A stretch of DNA of 64,000 bases from an uncultured delta proteobacterium (GTDB taxonomy: Bacteria; Desulfobacterota; Zymogenia; Zymogenales; Zymogenaceae): assembly GCA_963735595.1 (NCBI GenBank), contig CAVTLK010000005.1, positions 704,001 through 768,000 of the forward strand. Direction: 5' to 3'. A program made the translations under genes and the position numbers. Positions 10,119-22,239 of this stretch are shown here, piece by piece. The notes under the pieces are model-generated. The model searched no databases and was not told where the DNA came from. It saw nothing but the letters and a program-made list of their open reading frames with translations. Position 1 is the first letter of the stretch. Each line of letters opens with the position of its first letter.

Positions 10119-10901
10119 ATGATCATTTACTGCCCGGCATGCGGCTTCAGGGGTAGGGTCCCGGAAGGCAAAGACGGACGGGATAAGAAGCGCGTCATCT
10201 GTCCGTCGTGCGGCCACCGGTTTTCCGTCGGTCTGGTTGTTGTGCCATCCGGCGATCAGCCGACCGCCGGTGGGGCCTATACCGCACCGCCATACCGGGA
10301 CGGAAAGAAAAAAAAGCGGCGCCTGTTTCTCTGGGGCTGTCTTATTGCCGCTGCCGCCCTGGCGATCGGGATCGGGATCTTTTTCCTCATCAATGGAATC
10401 TCCCGGCAGGTCCAGGAAAGCAAGGAATCCGATATCCTGAAGAAACTCGGTGAAAAATACCCGGAGTATCTCCTGCTCAATTCCATCGCAATCGATCCCG
10501 GTTCCATGACCGAGCTCCAGATCACCTCGTACCAGGGGGGCCTTGTCGGTAAGGGATGCGTGGGGATGGGTACCGTCGTGAATATCGAAAAGACGATGGG
10601 GTCGACCGTGCTCGATTTCTTCGGCCTGACCGCGCCGGGAACGATCATCACCCTTACCTTCAAGGGGTATGACATCGAGCTGTTGCTGGATGAATCGTAT
10701 TCAGATGAGTTCCTTACCTATGGTGTCGGGGACACGGTCCTTTTCGCGGGAATCATAAAGAAGGCGGTGATCGACAGGCGGACGCGCGTCGCCCTTGTCG
10801 ATGTGATCATTGAGGGGCACCGAAAAGGAGAGCCCGGCTCGCGCCCCCCGGAAATCAAGAAGAGTCTTACCAAACGCCTTATTGAACTTTTGCTGCAGTA
10901 G
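10119..10901 (+). CDS. Zinc-ribbon (MJ0042-type) membrane protein
   Basis: CPACG...CPSCG N-terminus, one TM, possible OB-fold C-terminus; upstream TTGACA-16-TATTCT. Confidence 0.7.
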   Translation: MIIYCPACGFRGRVPEGKDGRDKKRVICPSCGHRFSVGLVVVPSGDQPTAGGAYTAPPYRDGKKKKRRLFLWGCLIAAAALAIGIGIFFLINGISRQVQESKESDILKKLGEKYPEYLLLNSIAIDPGSMTELQITSYQGGLVGKGCVGMGTVVNIEKTMGSTVLDFFGLTAPGTIITLTFKGYDIELLLDESYSDEFLTYGVGDTVLFAGIIKKAVIDRRTRVALVDVIIEGHRKGEPGSRPPEIKKSLTKRLIELLLQ

Positions 10902-10935
10902 CGGCCGGTTTGCTTCGCACGTATGCGGGGAGGTT

Positions 10936-11847
10936 ATGAAAACACAGTGTCCTGAATGCGGCTACGAGGGGGACATCAAAGACGACCTGATTCCGGAGGG
11001 AGGCAGGACCGTCGGGTGTCCCCAGTGCAAGGCTACATTTGCGGTCAAAAAAGACGGCGCCATAGTGAGGCCCGCGAAAAATAACAACGCGCGGCCTGAA
11101 GTGGACGTGGATGGAAGGGATTTCATACCGTTCAGGCAGCGTGAGGAACGGGTTTCGCGTGCGCGAGCAGACCGCATGGTTACCCGTATCGCCGTTTTTG
11201 CATTATCCCTGTCGGCCGTCTTCGTAATCGGCTTTTTCATTGGAAGATATACTCACGATTATACGCTCAACAACCCGCTCAACAAAAAGGGGACCGCGCC
11301 CGCCGGCCTCATGACTCCGGCGTCGCCGGCCGGTGAACCTTCGACAACAGCGGTGGGAGATTCCATTTCCACGGCCCCCATCAACACACTCGACACCGAT
11401 ACCGCACAGCCTTCGGAGCCACTCATCCTCGAGGAGAGCTTCACCAGCGACGTCTTTCTTGATATCACCGAAATCGACGGGAAGCTAAACGAGGAGACCG
11501 AGGTGACCGGCCTTCAAAGGGAGCTTGATCTCAAGGGATTCGCACAGGACCTCGTAGGGAAAATGCTTGTCGGTTATTTCACCGTCAGGGACGTCGGCAA
11601 GCTAAGCCCGATGTACGCGAAGACGCTTCCCCTTACGCTCTACAGCTATGACATTGAGGCCGAGGCGGAATCGGATAATCCGATAAGGAGCGTGGTTTAT
11701 GTCGGGCTCAAACAGGCCGACGAGCTGTCTTCCTCCCTCGATAGGGGAAGCAGGGTTTATATCCAGGGGTTTATCTATAGCTGCGTGCTCGTTTCCGATC
11801 ACTTTGAGCTGGGTATCGTTAATTCGAGAGTGGAGCCGAGCAGGTAG
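10936..11847 (+). CDS. Zinc-ribbon (MJ0042-type) membrane protein
   Basis: CPECG..I.DD.IP.GGR.V.CPQC..F, one TM. Confidence 0.7.
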   Translation: MKTQCPECGYEGDIKDDLIPEGGRTVGCPQCKATFAVKKDGAIVRPAKNNNARPEVDVDGRDFIPFRQREERVSRARADRMVTRIAVFALSLSAVFVIGFFIGRYTHDYTLNNPLNKKGTAPAGLMTPASPAGEPSTTAVGDSISTAPINTLDTDTAQPSEPLILEESFTSDVFLDITEIDGKLNEETEVTGLQRELDLKGFAQDLVGKMLVGYFTVRDVGKLSPMYAKTLPLTLYSYDIEAEAESDNPIRSVVYVGLKQADELSSSLDRGSRVYIQGFIYSCVLVSDHFELGIVNSRVEPSR

Positions 11848-12022
11848 CTGTTTCGTCCGCCTATATCCGGAGACCGGTATCGGATTGGCCTGGGCGGCAG
11901 GCCAAGACAGCGGAGTGGATGGGGCATGCCGACCATCGGGCTAAAGACGGTCGCGTGATAAATTCAGCGAATTCTTTTTGCCGTTTGCGCATCTATATAA
12001 CAATATATAGGGAGGTATTGTT

Positions 12023-12220
12023 ATGAAAAAGAATGTAGGAACCGTGGATCAGGTCATTCGATTCATCATCGGCGCGGTCATTATCGCAGTGGGCTATTAC
12101 TATAGCAGCTGGTGGGGGCTCCTGGGCCTTCTTGTACTGGCGACGGCGACCTTCTCGTTCTGCCCGGCATATGTACCCTTCGGAATCAATACCTGCGAGA
12201 CAAAAAAGAAGAAAAAGTAG
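12023..12220 (+). CDS. DUF2892 (YgaP-like) membrane protein
   Basis: MKKNVG.VD..IR...FCP.Y..FGINTC. Confidence 0.85.
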   Translation: MKKNVGTVDQVIRFIIGAVIIAVGYYYSSWWGLLGLLVLATATFSFCPAYVPFGINTCETKKKKK

Positions 12221-12239
12221 TCTGCCTTTTTAAGGGGGA

Positions 12240-12272
12240 AACGGGGTATTTGAAAGAATGCCCCGTTTTTTT
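12240..12272. terminator. Intrinsic terminator
   Basis: AACGGGGTATT/AATGCCCCGTT stem followed by a T-run. Confidence 0.7.
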
Positions 12273-12310
12273 TGTACGGCCCGAAGGCCGCTCCGGGACT
12301 AACGGGAGAT

Positions 12311-15300
12311 TCAGGTTTTAACCGCACATCTCAGCTTAAGAAGGATTACCGCATCACCGATAAGCGTCTCTACGACTTCAATACTCTTCTTGAGATTGAC
12401 TTCATTCTGATGTTGTATAGACAGTTCACTGATCAGGTATTCCTTCGGCTGGCTGGGTCTTTTCATTTCTCGCTCGAGAGTCCTAATCCTTTTTGAGACG
12501 GCTTCCATGTATCTATGCTTCTTGGACCGGAAATCCCTGATGTTTGGAGATATCTCGATGTTCGATGCGGAGAGGGCCAGCCGCACCTTCTTTTTTTCTT
12601 CCCTGTTACTCCGTATCAACATTCGAGACGAAAAGCGGTCAAGAAACGGCACGTTGGATTCTTCCAGGAGCGATCGCAGCTTATTGAGGTTGGTATCCAT
12701 GGTCCCGGCCCTGATGATGTCTTTATCAACCCACCCTCTGCCGTCCGACTTCATGCGTGCGGCAAGGTAGATAAGACGGGCAACCGCCGACTCGGACCTT
12801 GCCAGCCGTTTGAGCACGTGTTCCCTTGGGTATTCATCCCACCTGAGGGTAATGAGGAAGGCATCCTTCTGAACATCAATGGAAAGGGAGAAGGGATAGA
12901 TATAGTTCGGGTCCAGCGGCGCCAGGAATATCTCGGAGCTTCCGTCATCCTCGATGTCGTCGTCGAGTTGTGAAAGACTCTCGGTAATATCAAGGAGATT
13001 CTTTGACGTGATACCGCCGATGCTGACGGCAATACCGGTTATACTACCCGAAAGATCGGGCACCGGGTACGCGGTAATCCTGCGGTTCTTGCCAAAACAG
13101 GATATGGAATCGTTCTTCTCGATCCGGCCGGCAGAGAGAGAAGAACGGCGGGACACCCCTCGCACGGAGTGTCCTTTTGGCACAACATCTCATGGCAGAG
13201 GCGGCCCACCATCTCTTCGATCGGAAGGCCCGTTAACTGGGACATGGCGCTATTGGCCCACGTTATCTTCAGGGATAGATCGGCAAAGAAGACCATATCG
13301 GACAGGCTATTCAAAACGGCCTCCTGGCTTCCCGCCACGAGCCTGAGCCGGTCTTCCATCTTTTTACGGTCGGTTACGTCCCTTCCAATCCCCCGAACCT
13401 CGACGATCTTTTCTTCCTCCCATTTCAGTTCGTCATTGAATTCGATCGTTCGGACTTGCCCGTCTTTTCTGACAATGTCAAGCTCATAACCGTGAAGCCG
13501 GGTTCCGGTACGCTGGAGGCGGAAGAGCTCCTGCGCATATTTCTTTGAGGAGGGGCCGTAGAACTCGTAGAAGTTCCTCCCGATTACTTCGTCCGGCTCG
13601 TATCCCAACTGCCGTACCGCGTTGTTCACGAACTTGAGATTTCCCTTGAAGTCGGCCACATAGATCATGTCGTTTGTGCTGTCTACCAATTCACGATATT
13701 TCTGTTCGGATTCGGTGAGGGCGGCTTTCGCCTCTCTGCGGGCGACGGCCGTTCCGATTATTGAGGAGACGGTCTGGAGCAGGAGGATATCCTGCTCGTC
13801 CCAGACGCGCTCTATCTCGTAGTCGTCAAAACCGATGAAACCCCAGAATGTATCGGCAACGAAGATCGGGATCATTATGCTGGATAATGAACCGATGATT
13901 GTAAGGATCTCGCGGTCAATTGGGGGGTAATCTTTTGTCGGCCCTCCGAACCAATGACCGTTACTCAACGCGTCGAACATCTCTGGGGAGCGGTATTTGT
14001 ATGCCACCTTGTCCGGTATCGGGAAGTCAAGCGGCGGCCTATTGCGGTCGTTCATCGCCTCAGCAATAGTCAGCATGCTGATGCCTTCGACGGGGTCCAT
14101 TATGTTCTTGCAGATGAAGACGCCGCCGACTCCCAGTTTCTCAAGGAGATGGCGGACTATGTTTTGCATCGTCAGTTCGAGGTCGGCCAAAGGGACAAGC
14201 TCACGAGAACAGAAGGCCACGGCCTGCTCGTAACGAAGTCGTCTTTTTATTTCCTCTTCCGCGTCAACTTTCTCGGTTATATCGGAGACGAAACTCAAAA
14301 TCGAGGGTTGCCCCTCCCACATAATCGGGATCCCGTTGACCTCGATACAGCGTAGATTTCCCCTGGCATCGCGCATGCGATACCGGTAGAATGGCAGAGC
14401 TTGTTCTCCGGAGCTCAACCTTCCGAGTTCGTCATGCAGTTTTTCCCGGTCGCTTCTGAGAACCAGGTCAGAGAGATGCCTTCCAAGCAGTGCGCTCGGT
14501 GGAACCCCGAAAAGAGTCATGACACGGTTGTTGGCAAATTCGACGATTCCGTTTCGCGTTATGACGATGATTTCGTTGGCATTCTCGACGACCAGCCGGT
14601 ACTTCTCCTCCGATTCCCTCAGGGCGTCCTCGATTCGCTTCCGTTCGGTGATATCGGTGGCGATGTTGAGGGCGGCCGGCTTTCCTTGCCATAGGATAGG
14701 CACGATGCTGTTTTCAGTCCATATAATGTTACCATCCTTAGTGACAAGACGCATGACTAGCGGCGGGGGTGTTTTTTCCCCTTGCTTGAGCCTTTGCCTG
14801 TGCTCGACCAGCAGGTGACGGTCGTCCGGGTGAACGAGGTCGATTGTCGGTGTCCCCAACAGCTCGTCTTCACTGTAGGAGGATACGGCCAGAGCCTTCG
14901 TGTTAACAAGCCGTAAGGTGCCGTCAACAGATACCGTGATTATCTCGTTGGCGTTTTCAACAACAAGGCGGTACTTCTCCTCGGATTCTTTCAGGGCATC
15001 TTCGATCAACTTCCGTTCCGAAATATCGGTGGCAATTACAAGTGCGGCGCGTTTCCCCTGCCAGATGAAGGGCACTACGCTGTTTTCCATCCAGACTATC
15101 GTGCCGCCCTTGGTGAGCATACGCGCGGTGAAGAACTGGGGCTCCGGATCGCCCTTATCACGTTTACTTCTATGGTCAAGGACGAGTTTGCGGTCATCGG
15201 GGTGAAAAAACTCGATGATCGGGGTGGACGCCAGCTCTGCTTCCGAATAGCCGAATAATTCGGAGGTCTTCTTATTATAGAGCGCTAAATACCCATCCAC

Positions 15301-16581
15301 AGCGAGGATGATTACCTCAGCGGCGTTTTCCACGACGAGGCGGTATTTCTCTTCCGATTCCCACAGGGCGTTCTCGGCTTTTATCCGTTCTGTAATGTCG
15401 GTAATAGTACCGGTCAGACCGGTCAACTCGCCATTAAAATACTGCCGACGGCTGAATGTCCGAACGTGGACGATTCCCCCGTTTTTCCTGATTGCCCTGA
15501 ACTCGAGGGGCTCCTTTTGGCCGTTTATGGTTCTCGCGTAGCTTTCCTTGAAGATCTGAAGGTCGTCCGGGAATATGAAATCGGTAATGGCTCGGCCGAT
15601 AATTTCCTGCACCGGGTACCCGGTAATCTGTTCAATCGACGGGCTAACGTATGTTACGCGGCCCTCCAGGTCGGTGCTGCAGATGACATCATTAAGGTTT
15701 TCCACAAGCGATCGATATTTTTCCTCCGACTCCCTGAGCGCGGTCTCCACCCGTTTCCTGTCCGTCACGTCACGTGCTATCCCGTAAATCTCTACAATTC
15801 GGTTTCCTTTCCAAGTCAAGCGCTCCTTAGCTTCGATCGATTTGATCTGGCCGTATTTATCATAGATGTCATATTCGATAAGCCCTACGTCTATTCCTTT
15901 CACCTGCTTCTTGAAGGTTTCGATAGCGACGGCATACGACTCCGGTACGACGACATCCCTGAATCCCTTACCGAGAAGCTCGCCGGCGGAATAGCCATAT
16001 TCTCGCTCAATTGTCTGGTTAATGAATTTGAAGTTGCCATCGCTGTCCGTGACGTAGATAAGGTCACCGGTATGCTCTACCATGTCCCGGTATCTCTCTT
16101 CGGATTGCCTCAGCTTGAGTTCAATCTCCGCTCTTTCCGTGATGTCGCTGATGAGAAAAAGCGTAGAGGGCGTCCCCTCCCACGTGAATGGAACACCGGT
16201 GCCCTCCATCCATTTGACGCGGCCTTCTTTGTCTATTATGCGGAAATCTATCGGCGGCGACGTGGCTTTTCTGAGAAGGGTATTTTGATAGTGGCGGGTT
16301 CCAGTCTCCCGATCTTCGGGATGAATGAGCTCGATGAATGGACGCGATGTCAGTTCTTCCCGGGTATATCCGGTATACTCGGAAATCTTCGGGTTCGCAT
16401 ATAGTATGACGTTATCCCGGGCAATGACAATTCCCTGGCCGGCGTTTTCGACGACAAGGCGATAATCGCCTTCGGTGTTTTTCGGCCTCGCGTGAGGCGC
16501 GGCATTTTCAGAGGTATTTACATCACCTCCGACCGGCGTCCTTGATGGGAACTTGCTACTATCGGTGTCTTGTCGGGACAT
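12311..16581 (-). CDS. Multi-PAS/GAF sensor protein with non-kinase C-terminal domain (frameshift near 13130-13145)
   Basis: Six PAS-PAC repeats (ESEEKYRLVVENA...DITERK), a GAF domain, two further PAS domains; the 12311-13183 frame supplies the C-terminus. Confidence 0.8.
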
Positions 16582-16811
16582 GGAATGTCTTCCGAAATAG
16601 CCGCTTTGTCTCGTGTAACGGTTTTATTACAATCGGCCCCGGTTCCAGTACGCCCGAGAAGGGCGGGATAGACAATAAAAGAGCACTAAACGGGCGAGCT
16701 TATGATCCATCATACGTTTGGGTTTGATTAAAATCCCGGCTCCGACCTGACGTAAAAAAGGGACACATACGGTGGAAATAAATACGGCGGACCGTTTAAT
16801 GGATTTAGATC

Positions 16812-18179
16812 CTAAATTCTATCGCTTACCTTCCGTGTATCTTCTATCCTTTTAGTAATGGCGCTGATCCTATGCTGTACGTCGGTCCTGCCCACGACGA
16901 TCTTAGCTTCGTTCATGATCTGTTGAACCGTTCTAAAATAGCCAAGGGCGTCAACGTACCTGCCCAGGGCTTCCAGAACATTTGCGGTTCCGAGCAGGCA
17001 TTCAAGACTCCGCGGGCGTACGGAAAGCACTCGATAAAAGAGACACAGGGCCTGCCGATTATATCCGGCTGCGGCCAATCGGTTAGCAATTCTCGAGAAT
17101 GAGTTGAGCGCTTCTTCCTGCCGCCCCACGCGCAGTTTCATTTCGGCCAAACGCTTCATGAGTATCAGATGACGGAACAAGTCATCCTCACCGGCGATAG
17201 CCGCCCTAACGGCCTTCTGAGCCCGTTCATCGTAGCCCTGCTCGATAAAGACGCGTGAAGCTGCAAGGTACCGGGAGCGCTCGAACGTATTAATCGGGTT
17301 CTTTGATTCCGTGTCTATGATCCTGATTGCCGTTCCCGGATTCTCGGGATTGTGCTGTCGGGAGGCCCATTGACGATATTTCTGTGCCTTTTCGAACTTA
17401 CCCTGCCTTTCAAAGGCCTCGGAAAGCGTCAATAGAAAATCCTCGGAACATGGATCGATTCTAAAGACCCTTTGACCGAATGAGAGTTGTCGATCGAACT
17501 CAAAGGCCGCCTTCCTTAGGTAGTATGACTTATAGATATCCTCAAATTCCCTCATGATTACCGGGACATCTTCACGTATAGCAAAAGCCCGGGTAAGCTT
17601 CTTACCCTTGTACGAAAGCGCGATTCTTATCGCAGCGTCGAGCGTTTCCCATATTCCCCTTCCCTCGTAGCAGGAACCGTGGATCAATGGCGCGCGCGAA
17701 AGCGAGAAGAGTCTCTTAAATATCCTAAGGGACGATCGGTTCTTTACATCGTCCTTATGGTCGAGGTAGACAATAGGAAAGCGGGAAGGCCTGATACCGT
17801 CGGACCTGAGCCAGCTGATAAACTCGGCCGCCGCCTTGAGATTGTTCACTTTCCCCTGCCCGGTTGAATCAAGGGTGAAGATAACCCCGTCGGCCATGTA
17901 TAGGACCTTCTTACGCCGAGCGGAGAGATAGGGGCTTCCGGGTGCCGTGAATAAGTCAACGGTTACCCGTTTGTCCCCTACCATCCCGAAGGTAATCCCC
18001 AGGTGGTCGAAAAACGTCGTCCTTCCTACGGGATTTGCGTGAGAAGTGAGGGGAGAGCGGAATTGTTTCTTTGTATTGAGGGTAAGATAGGTGATAATCG
18101 AAGTCTTGCCGGATCGCTCCGGCCCCATAATAACAATTTTCAGGTTGACGTCCGTATTATGCAGATTCAACCTGATCAC
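16812..18179 (-). CDS. MglA-like small GTPase domain fused to TPR repeats
   Basis: KIV..GP..SGKT, RT.FFD, LFTAPG, ADGVIF..DS; helical TPR-like C-terminus. Confidence 0.7.
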   Translation of the reverse strand: MIRLNLHNTDVNLKIVIMGPERSGKTSIITYLTLNTKKQFRSPLTSHANPVGRTTFFDHLGITFGMVGDKRVTVDLFTAPGSPYLSARRKKVLYMADGVIFTLDSTGQGKVNNLKAAAEFISWLRSDGIRPSRFPIVYLDHKDDVKNRSSLRIFKRLFSLSRAPLIHGSCYEGRGIWETLDAAIRIALSYKGKKLTRAFAIREDVPVIMREFEDIYKSYYLRKAAFEFDRQLSFGQRVFRIDPCSEDFLLTLSEAFERQGKFEKAQKYRQWASRQHNPENPGTAIRIIDTESKNPINTFERSRYLAASRVFIEQGYDERAQKAVRAAIAGEDDLFRHLILMKRLAEMKLRVGRQEEALNSFSRIANRLAAAGYNRQALCLFYRVLSVRPRSLECLLGTANVLEALGRYVDALGYFRTVQQIMNEAKIVVGRTDVQHRISAITKRIEDTRKVSDRI

Positions 18180-19607
18180 TTATACTACTCCCATCGCCCG
18201 GCTTCGTTTTGGAAAGAGCACGAGCTGCAATACCTCGTCGTCGATATCCTCGCCCACCGATATCGGGTACCTGCCGGAGAAACAGGCGTTGCAGAAAGAT
18301 AGTCCCGTTTGATTGGCGGAGTCCATTAGCCCCTCGAGGGAGAGGTACTTGAGGGAATCCACCTCAATAAAGTCGGATACCTCTTTCACAGTATGGTTGG
18401 ACGCGATGAGTTCCTGCCGTGTGGGGGTATCTATGCCGAAATAGCAGGAATGCGTAGTTGGCGGTGAGCTGATACGCATGTGGATCTCTTTGGCGCCTGC
18501 GCCCCGGATCATCCCAATGATTTTTTTTGCGGTCGTCCCCCGCACGATAGAATCATCAATGACCACAACCCGCTTCCCACATAACTCCTGCTTGACGGGA
18601 TTGAGCTTGATCTTCACCCCGAAATGGCGAATTCCCTGCGAGGGTTCAATAAAGGTCCTTCCCACGTAATGGTTTCTTATCAGGCCGAATTCGAACGGTA
18701 TCCCGGCCGTTTGGGCGTATCCGACGGCGGCGGGAACACCCGAGTCGGGTACCGGGATTACGAGGTCCGCCTCGATATTGTCCTCGCGGGCCAGTTTTTC
18801 GCCAAACGATTTTCTGATCGTATAGACGTTCTGGCCGAAGACGATCGAATCGGGGCGCGCGAAATATATATACTCGAACACGCAAAAGGAGTGATCCTCC
18901 TTCGGGAAGGGAAAATAGGACTGCAACCCGTTTTCATCGAATATAATGATTTCGCCGGGGGCCACATCACGAATATAGCGAGCCTCAATCAGATCAAGAG
19001 CACAGGTTTCGGAAGCGACGACGTAGCTATCCTTGAGGCTTCCCAGCACCAGTGGTCGGAACCCCCGCGGATCGCGGGCGGCGATCAGTTTTCCTTCCGT
19101 AAGCATCACGAGTGAATAGGATCCCCTTAACATGGTAAGGGCATCGGTAAGGCGGTCGATAAGGGACTCTCGTCGGGACTGCGCCATGAGGTGGATCACC
19201 ACCTCGGTATCGGAGGTAGACTGGAAGATAGAGCCGCTTTCCTCCAGCCTGTGTCTGATCCTTCCGGCGTTGATGAGATTCCCATTATGGGCGACGGCGA
19301 GTCCACCGCGATGGTTATTGACGACCAGGGGCTGGGCGTTTTCGATTATCGTAGATCCGTATGTGGAGTATCGTACGTGCCCGATAGCCATATGGCCCTT
19401 GAGGGCGTCCAGCGTATCCTCGTCAAAGATATCGTTGACCAGCCCCATGGCCTTATGGGCGTAAAAGCGTCTGCCGTCGTGTGCTACGATCCCGGCGCTC
19501 TCCTGTCCGCGATGCTGGAGGGCATACAAGCCCAAATAGGTGAGCTTGCTGGCCTCCCCGTCGCAGCAGATGCCGAATACCCCGCACTCCTCGTGAAGTT
19601 CGTCCAT
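18180..19607 (-). CDS. purF: Amidophosphoribosyltransferase
   Basis: [38 protein letters not shown]. Confidence 0.97.
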   Translation of the reverse strand: MDELHEECGVFGICCDGEASKLTYLGLYALQHRGQESAGIVAHDGRRFYAHKAMGLVNDIFDEDTLDALKGHMAIGHVRYSTYGSTIIENAQPLVVNNHRGGLAVAHNGNLINAGRIRHRLEESGSIFQSTSDTEVVIHLMAQSRRESLIDRLTDALTMLRGSYSLVMLTEGKLIAARDPRGFRPLVLGSLKDSYVVASETCALDLIEARYIRDVAPGEIIIFDENGLQSYFPFPKEDHSFCVFEYIYFARPDSIVFGQNVYTIRKSFGEKLAREDNIEADLVIPVPDSGVPAAVGYAQTAGIPFEFGLIRNHYVGRTFIEPSQGIRHFGVKIKLNPVKQELCGKRVVVIDDSIVRGTTAKKIIGMIRGAGAKEIHMRISSPPTTHSCYFGIDTPTRQELIASNHTVKEVSDFIEVDSLKYLSLEGLMDSANQTGLSFCNACFSGRYPISVGEDIDDEVLQLVLFPKRSRAMGVV

Positions 19608-19678
19608 GATTGGTAGGATAGATAGGTTCTTAATAACTCATTATATCACGAAAAAACACTGCAGGAAACAGAGAACTC

Positions 19679-20998
19679 TTACGAGAAGACCCTATTAAAG
19701 ATGTAATCGGTATAGCGGACATACCACGTGGGATTAAATATCTCCTCGATACTTTCCGGAGGAAGGAAACCCGATATTTTTTCGTCTTGCCGTACCAGTT
19801 CAATAAAACCGGTCCCTCCTTCCAGGGCCTTCTTCGCGATACTCTGAACATGCTCGTAAATATCGTCTCTCGTTTTCTCCATTCCCGTCGCGTTGATGAG
19901 TTCCGTCATGAGCCTCTGCGAATAGATAAGCCCGCCGGTCGCTTCGAGATTTCTTTTCATCCGATCGGGATAGACAATAAGCTTGTCTATGAGATTGGTG
20001 AAACGGACAAGAATAAAGTCGAGGAGGATCGTCGAGTCGGGCGCGATGACACGTTCCACCGACGAGTGGCTGATATCCCGCTCGTGCCACAGAACGACAT
20101 TTTCGAGCGCTGCCACCGCATTTGCCCGAATAATCCGCGCTAAACCATCGATGTTTTCGGAGAGTATCGGGTTTCGTTTGTGCGGCATGGCCGATGATCC
20201 CTTCTGACCCGTGGAGAAGTATTCCTGGGCTTCTGCCACTTCGGTTCGTTGAAGGTGCCTGATCTCGACGGCGAATCTCTCAACGGAAGACGCGACGACG
20301 GCCAGCGTCGTAAAGAACTGCGCGTGGCGGTCCCGCTGGACGATCTGGGTTGCCGCTGGCTCCGGTGTAAGTCCAAGCCGTTCCATCACGATTTCTTCCA
20401 CCCGCGGATCAACGTTCGCGAATGTCCCAACCGCTCCCGACAATTTTCCGACGGCCACGGACTTTCGGGCTTCTACCATCCGCGCTCGGTTCCTCTTCGT
20501 CTCCTCATACCAGACGGCAAGCTTGTGACCAAAGGTAATCGGCTCGGCATGGATGCCATGGGTGCGGCCGACCATAATCGTATCCTTAAACTCAAAAGCG
20601 CGCCTCTTGAGGACTGCCTGGAGCTTATCGATGTCGGCGATAATCAGATCTGCTGCCTGGATGAACAGAAGGGCAAGTGAAGTATCCAGAACGTCTGAAG
20701 AGGTCAAACCCATGTGGATGAATCGGGCGGAGGAGGCGTGTATCTTCTTTTGCATGAAAGTCACAAACGAGATTACGTCATGCTTCGTAACCTCCTCGAT
20801 ATCGGCTATCTCCTTGATATCCGAATCGGTAAATCTATAATCCCGAAGTTTCCGTATCATGTCCGCGTCGGCCGGAGGAATCCTTCCCAAAGACGACCAT
20901 GCGTCGCAGGCCGCGATTTCAATTGCAAGCCATGTCTCGAAGCGCTTTTTAGGCTCCCATATGTTACCCATCTCCGGCCTGGTATAACGCTCAATCAT
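19679..20998 (-). CDS. purB: Adenylosuccinate lyase
   Basis: MIERY, HDV, GRTHG.HAEP, GSSAMPHKRNP. Confidence 0.97.
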   Translation of the reverse strand: MIERYTRPEMGNIWEPKKRFETWLAIEIAACDAWSSLGRIPPADADMIRKLRDYRFTDSDIKEIADIEEVTKHDVISFVTFMQKKIHASSARFIHMGLTSSDVLDTSLALLFIQAADLIIADIDKLQAVLKRRAFEFKDTIMVGRTHGIHAEPITFGHKLAVWYEETKRNRARMVEARKSVAVGKLSGAVGTFANVDPRVEEIVMERLGLTPEPAATQIVQRDRHAQFFTTLAVVASSVERFAVEIRHLQRTEVAEAQEYFSTGQKGSSAMPHKRNPILSENIDGLARIIRANAVAALENVVLWHERDISHSSVERVIAPDSTILLDFILVRFTNLIDKLIVYPDRMKRNLEATGGLIYSQRLMTELINATGMEKTRDDIYEHVQSIAKKALEGGTGFIELVRQDEKISGFLPPESIEEIFNPTWYVRYTDYIFNRVFS

Positions 20999-21238
20999 GA
21001 ATCTATCCTGGAGGGCAGAGAATAAAGGAATCAGCGATTAGACTTTCATCTGAGAGTATAGCCTATCTCGACTGAAAAGGGAAGGGATTTCTCTTTCGGT
21101 GTTGGGAAACGTCGGAGAAACGGATTACGCGAAGTTGATGAATTGACGTGTCTATGGATATTCTGCTGTCGGCTATTATTGCGGAAAACTCAGTTCCCCT
21201 GGATTCTGTAAAGGGAGGAATAGCGGCGAAGCGAGCGT

Positions 21239-21931
21239 TCAATCTTCCTCTGAGGTAGATCCGGCCGCCTCTTCGGTCGTGTCGGCAAGGGCGGGTTGTA
21301 CGATCCAGGTCATGCCGCACTCCCGGCATGACATGGGAATGCGTATACCCTCGGAATTTTCCACAGTGCGAGAAACGGGTTTAAATACCGTGGTTTCCCA
21401 CTGTGATCCCCCGTTATTATGGGAATTGCTGCTGATAGCTACATTCGAAGATTTACACGATGGACAATAAATCTTAGTTCCGGTGAGCACCGTCCCGCAC
21501 GAGGGGCAGACCGGTAACAAACGTTGTATGGATGAGCCGCAACTGGGGCACGATGAGGACGTATTCTTGTCCGTGCGGGTAGTCGGCGCTTCGTTATCCG
21601 ACAGGGGGGCGGCGTCAGGCGGGGTGAACGTGAATGGATTCTTACATGAAGGACAGGTAATCTTCTTCGATTGACCGCCGACGATGCTGCTTCGTTTGAG
21701 CTTTCCTGTGAACCCGCAAACGGGACAGGAAACCGGGAGGTATTCAGGTTGTTCGGTCCGGGCAGTGACGGCGTCTTCCCGGTTTCGGGGAGATTTTGGC
21801 GGGGAGGTTCGTCCCTTCCTTATTCGAAACTTCACGTTACAGTTAGGGCAATAGACTTCTTTGCCGTCAGGAGGAATCTGATCGTCTCGTACTGTTCCAC
21901 CGAATTTACATGACGGGCAGGTAACATGCAT
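21239..21931 (-). CDS. Multi-zinc-ribbon protein
   Basis: Eight CxxC pairs, two MJ0042-like fingers, no TM helix. Confidence 0.65.
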   Translation of the reverse strand: MHVTCPSCKFGGTVRDDQIPPDGKEVYCPNCNVKFRIRKGRTSPPKSPRNREDAVTARTEQPEYLPVSCPVCGFTGKLKRSSIVGGQSKKITCPSCKNPFTFTPPDAAPLSDNEAPTTRTDKNTSSSCPSCGSSIQRLLPVCPSCGTVLTGTKIYCPSCKSSNVAISSNSHNNGGSQWETTVFKPVSRTVENSEGIRIPMSCRECGMTWIVQPALADTTEEAAGSTSEED

Positions 21932-22239
21932 CGTCTAGTGCGCCTCTTATTACATTTATAGAATACTCGATCGGAGGTTATGTGTCAATGAGTATTCTGG
22001 GCGTGAGGTATCGCATTGGGAAAGAGCCCGAAGAAGATATCTCCATGGTTTCAGTCGCGGGGCTTACGGGCGGTAATCCCGGCATACGCGATAACCGTCT
22101 CGCTGCGATACAACCCTGGTGGCGGTCACCGGCGTACGAACGGAAAATACACGAGCGTTATTGATTATTGGCCGAGATCTCCAAGAAAGAAGTAGTGCGG
22201 GAATCCCGGGTATTGTAACGGCATGAATAGGCTTCCTGA

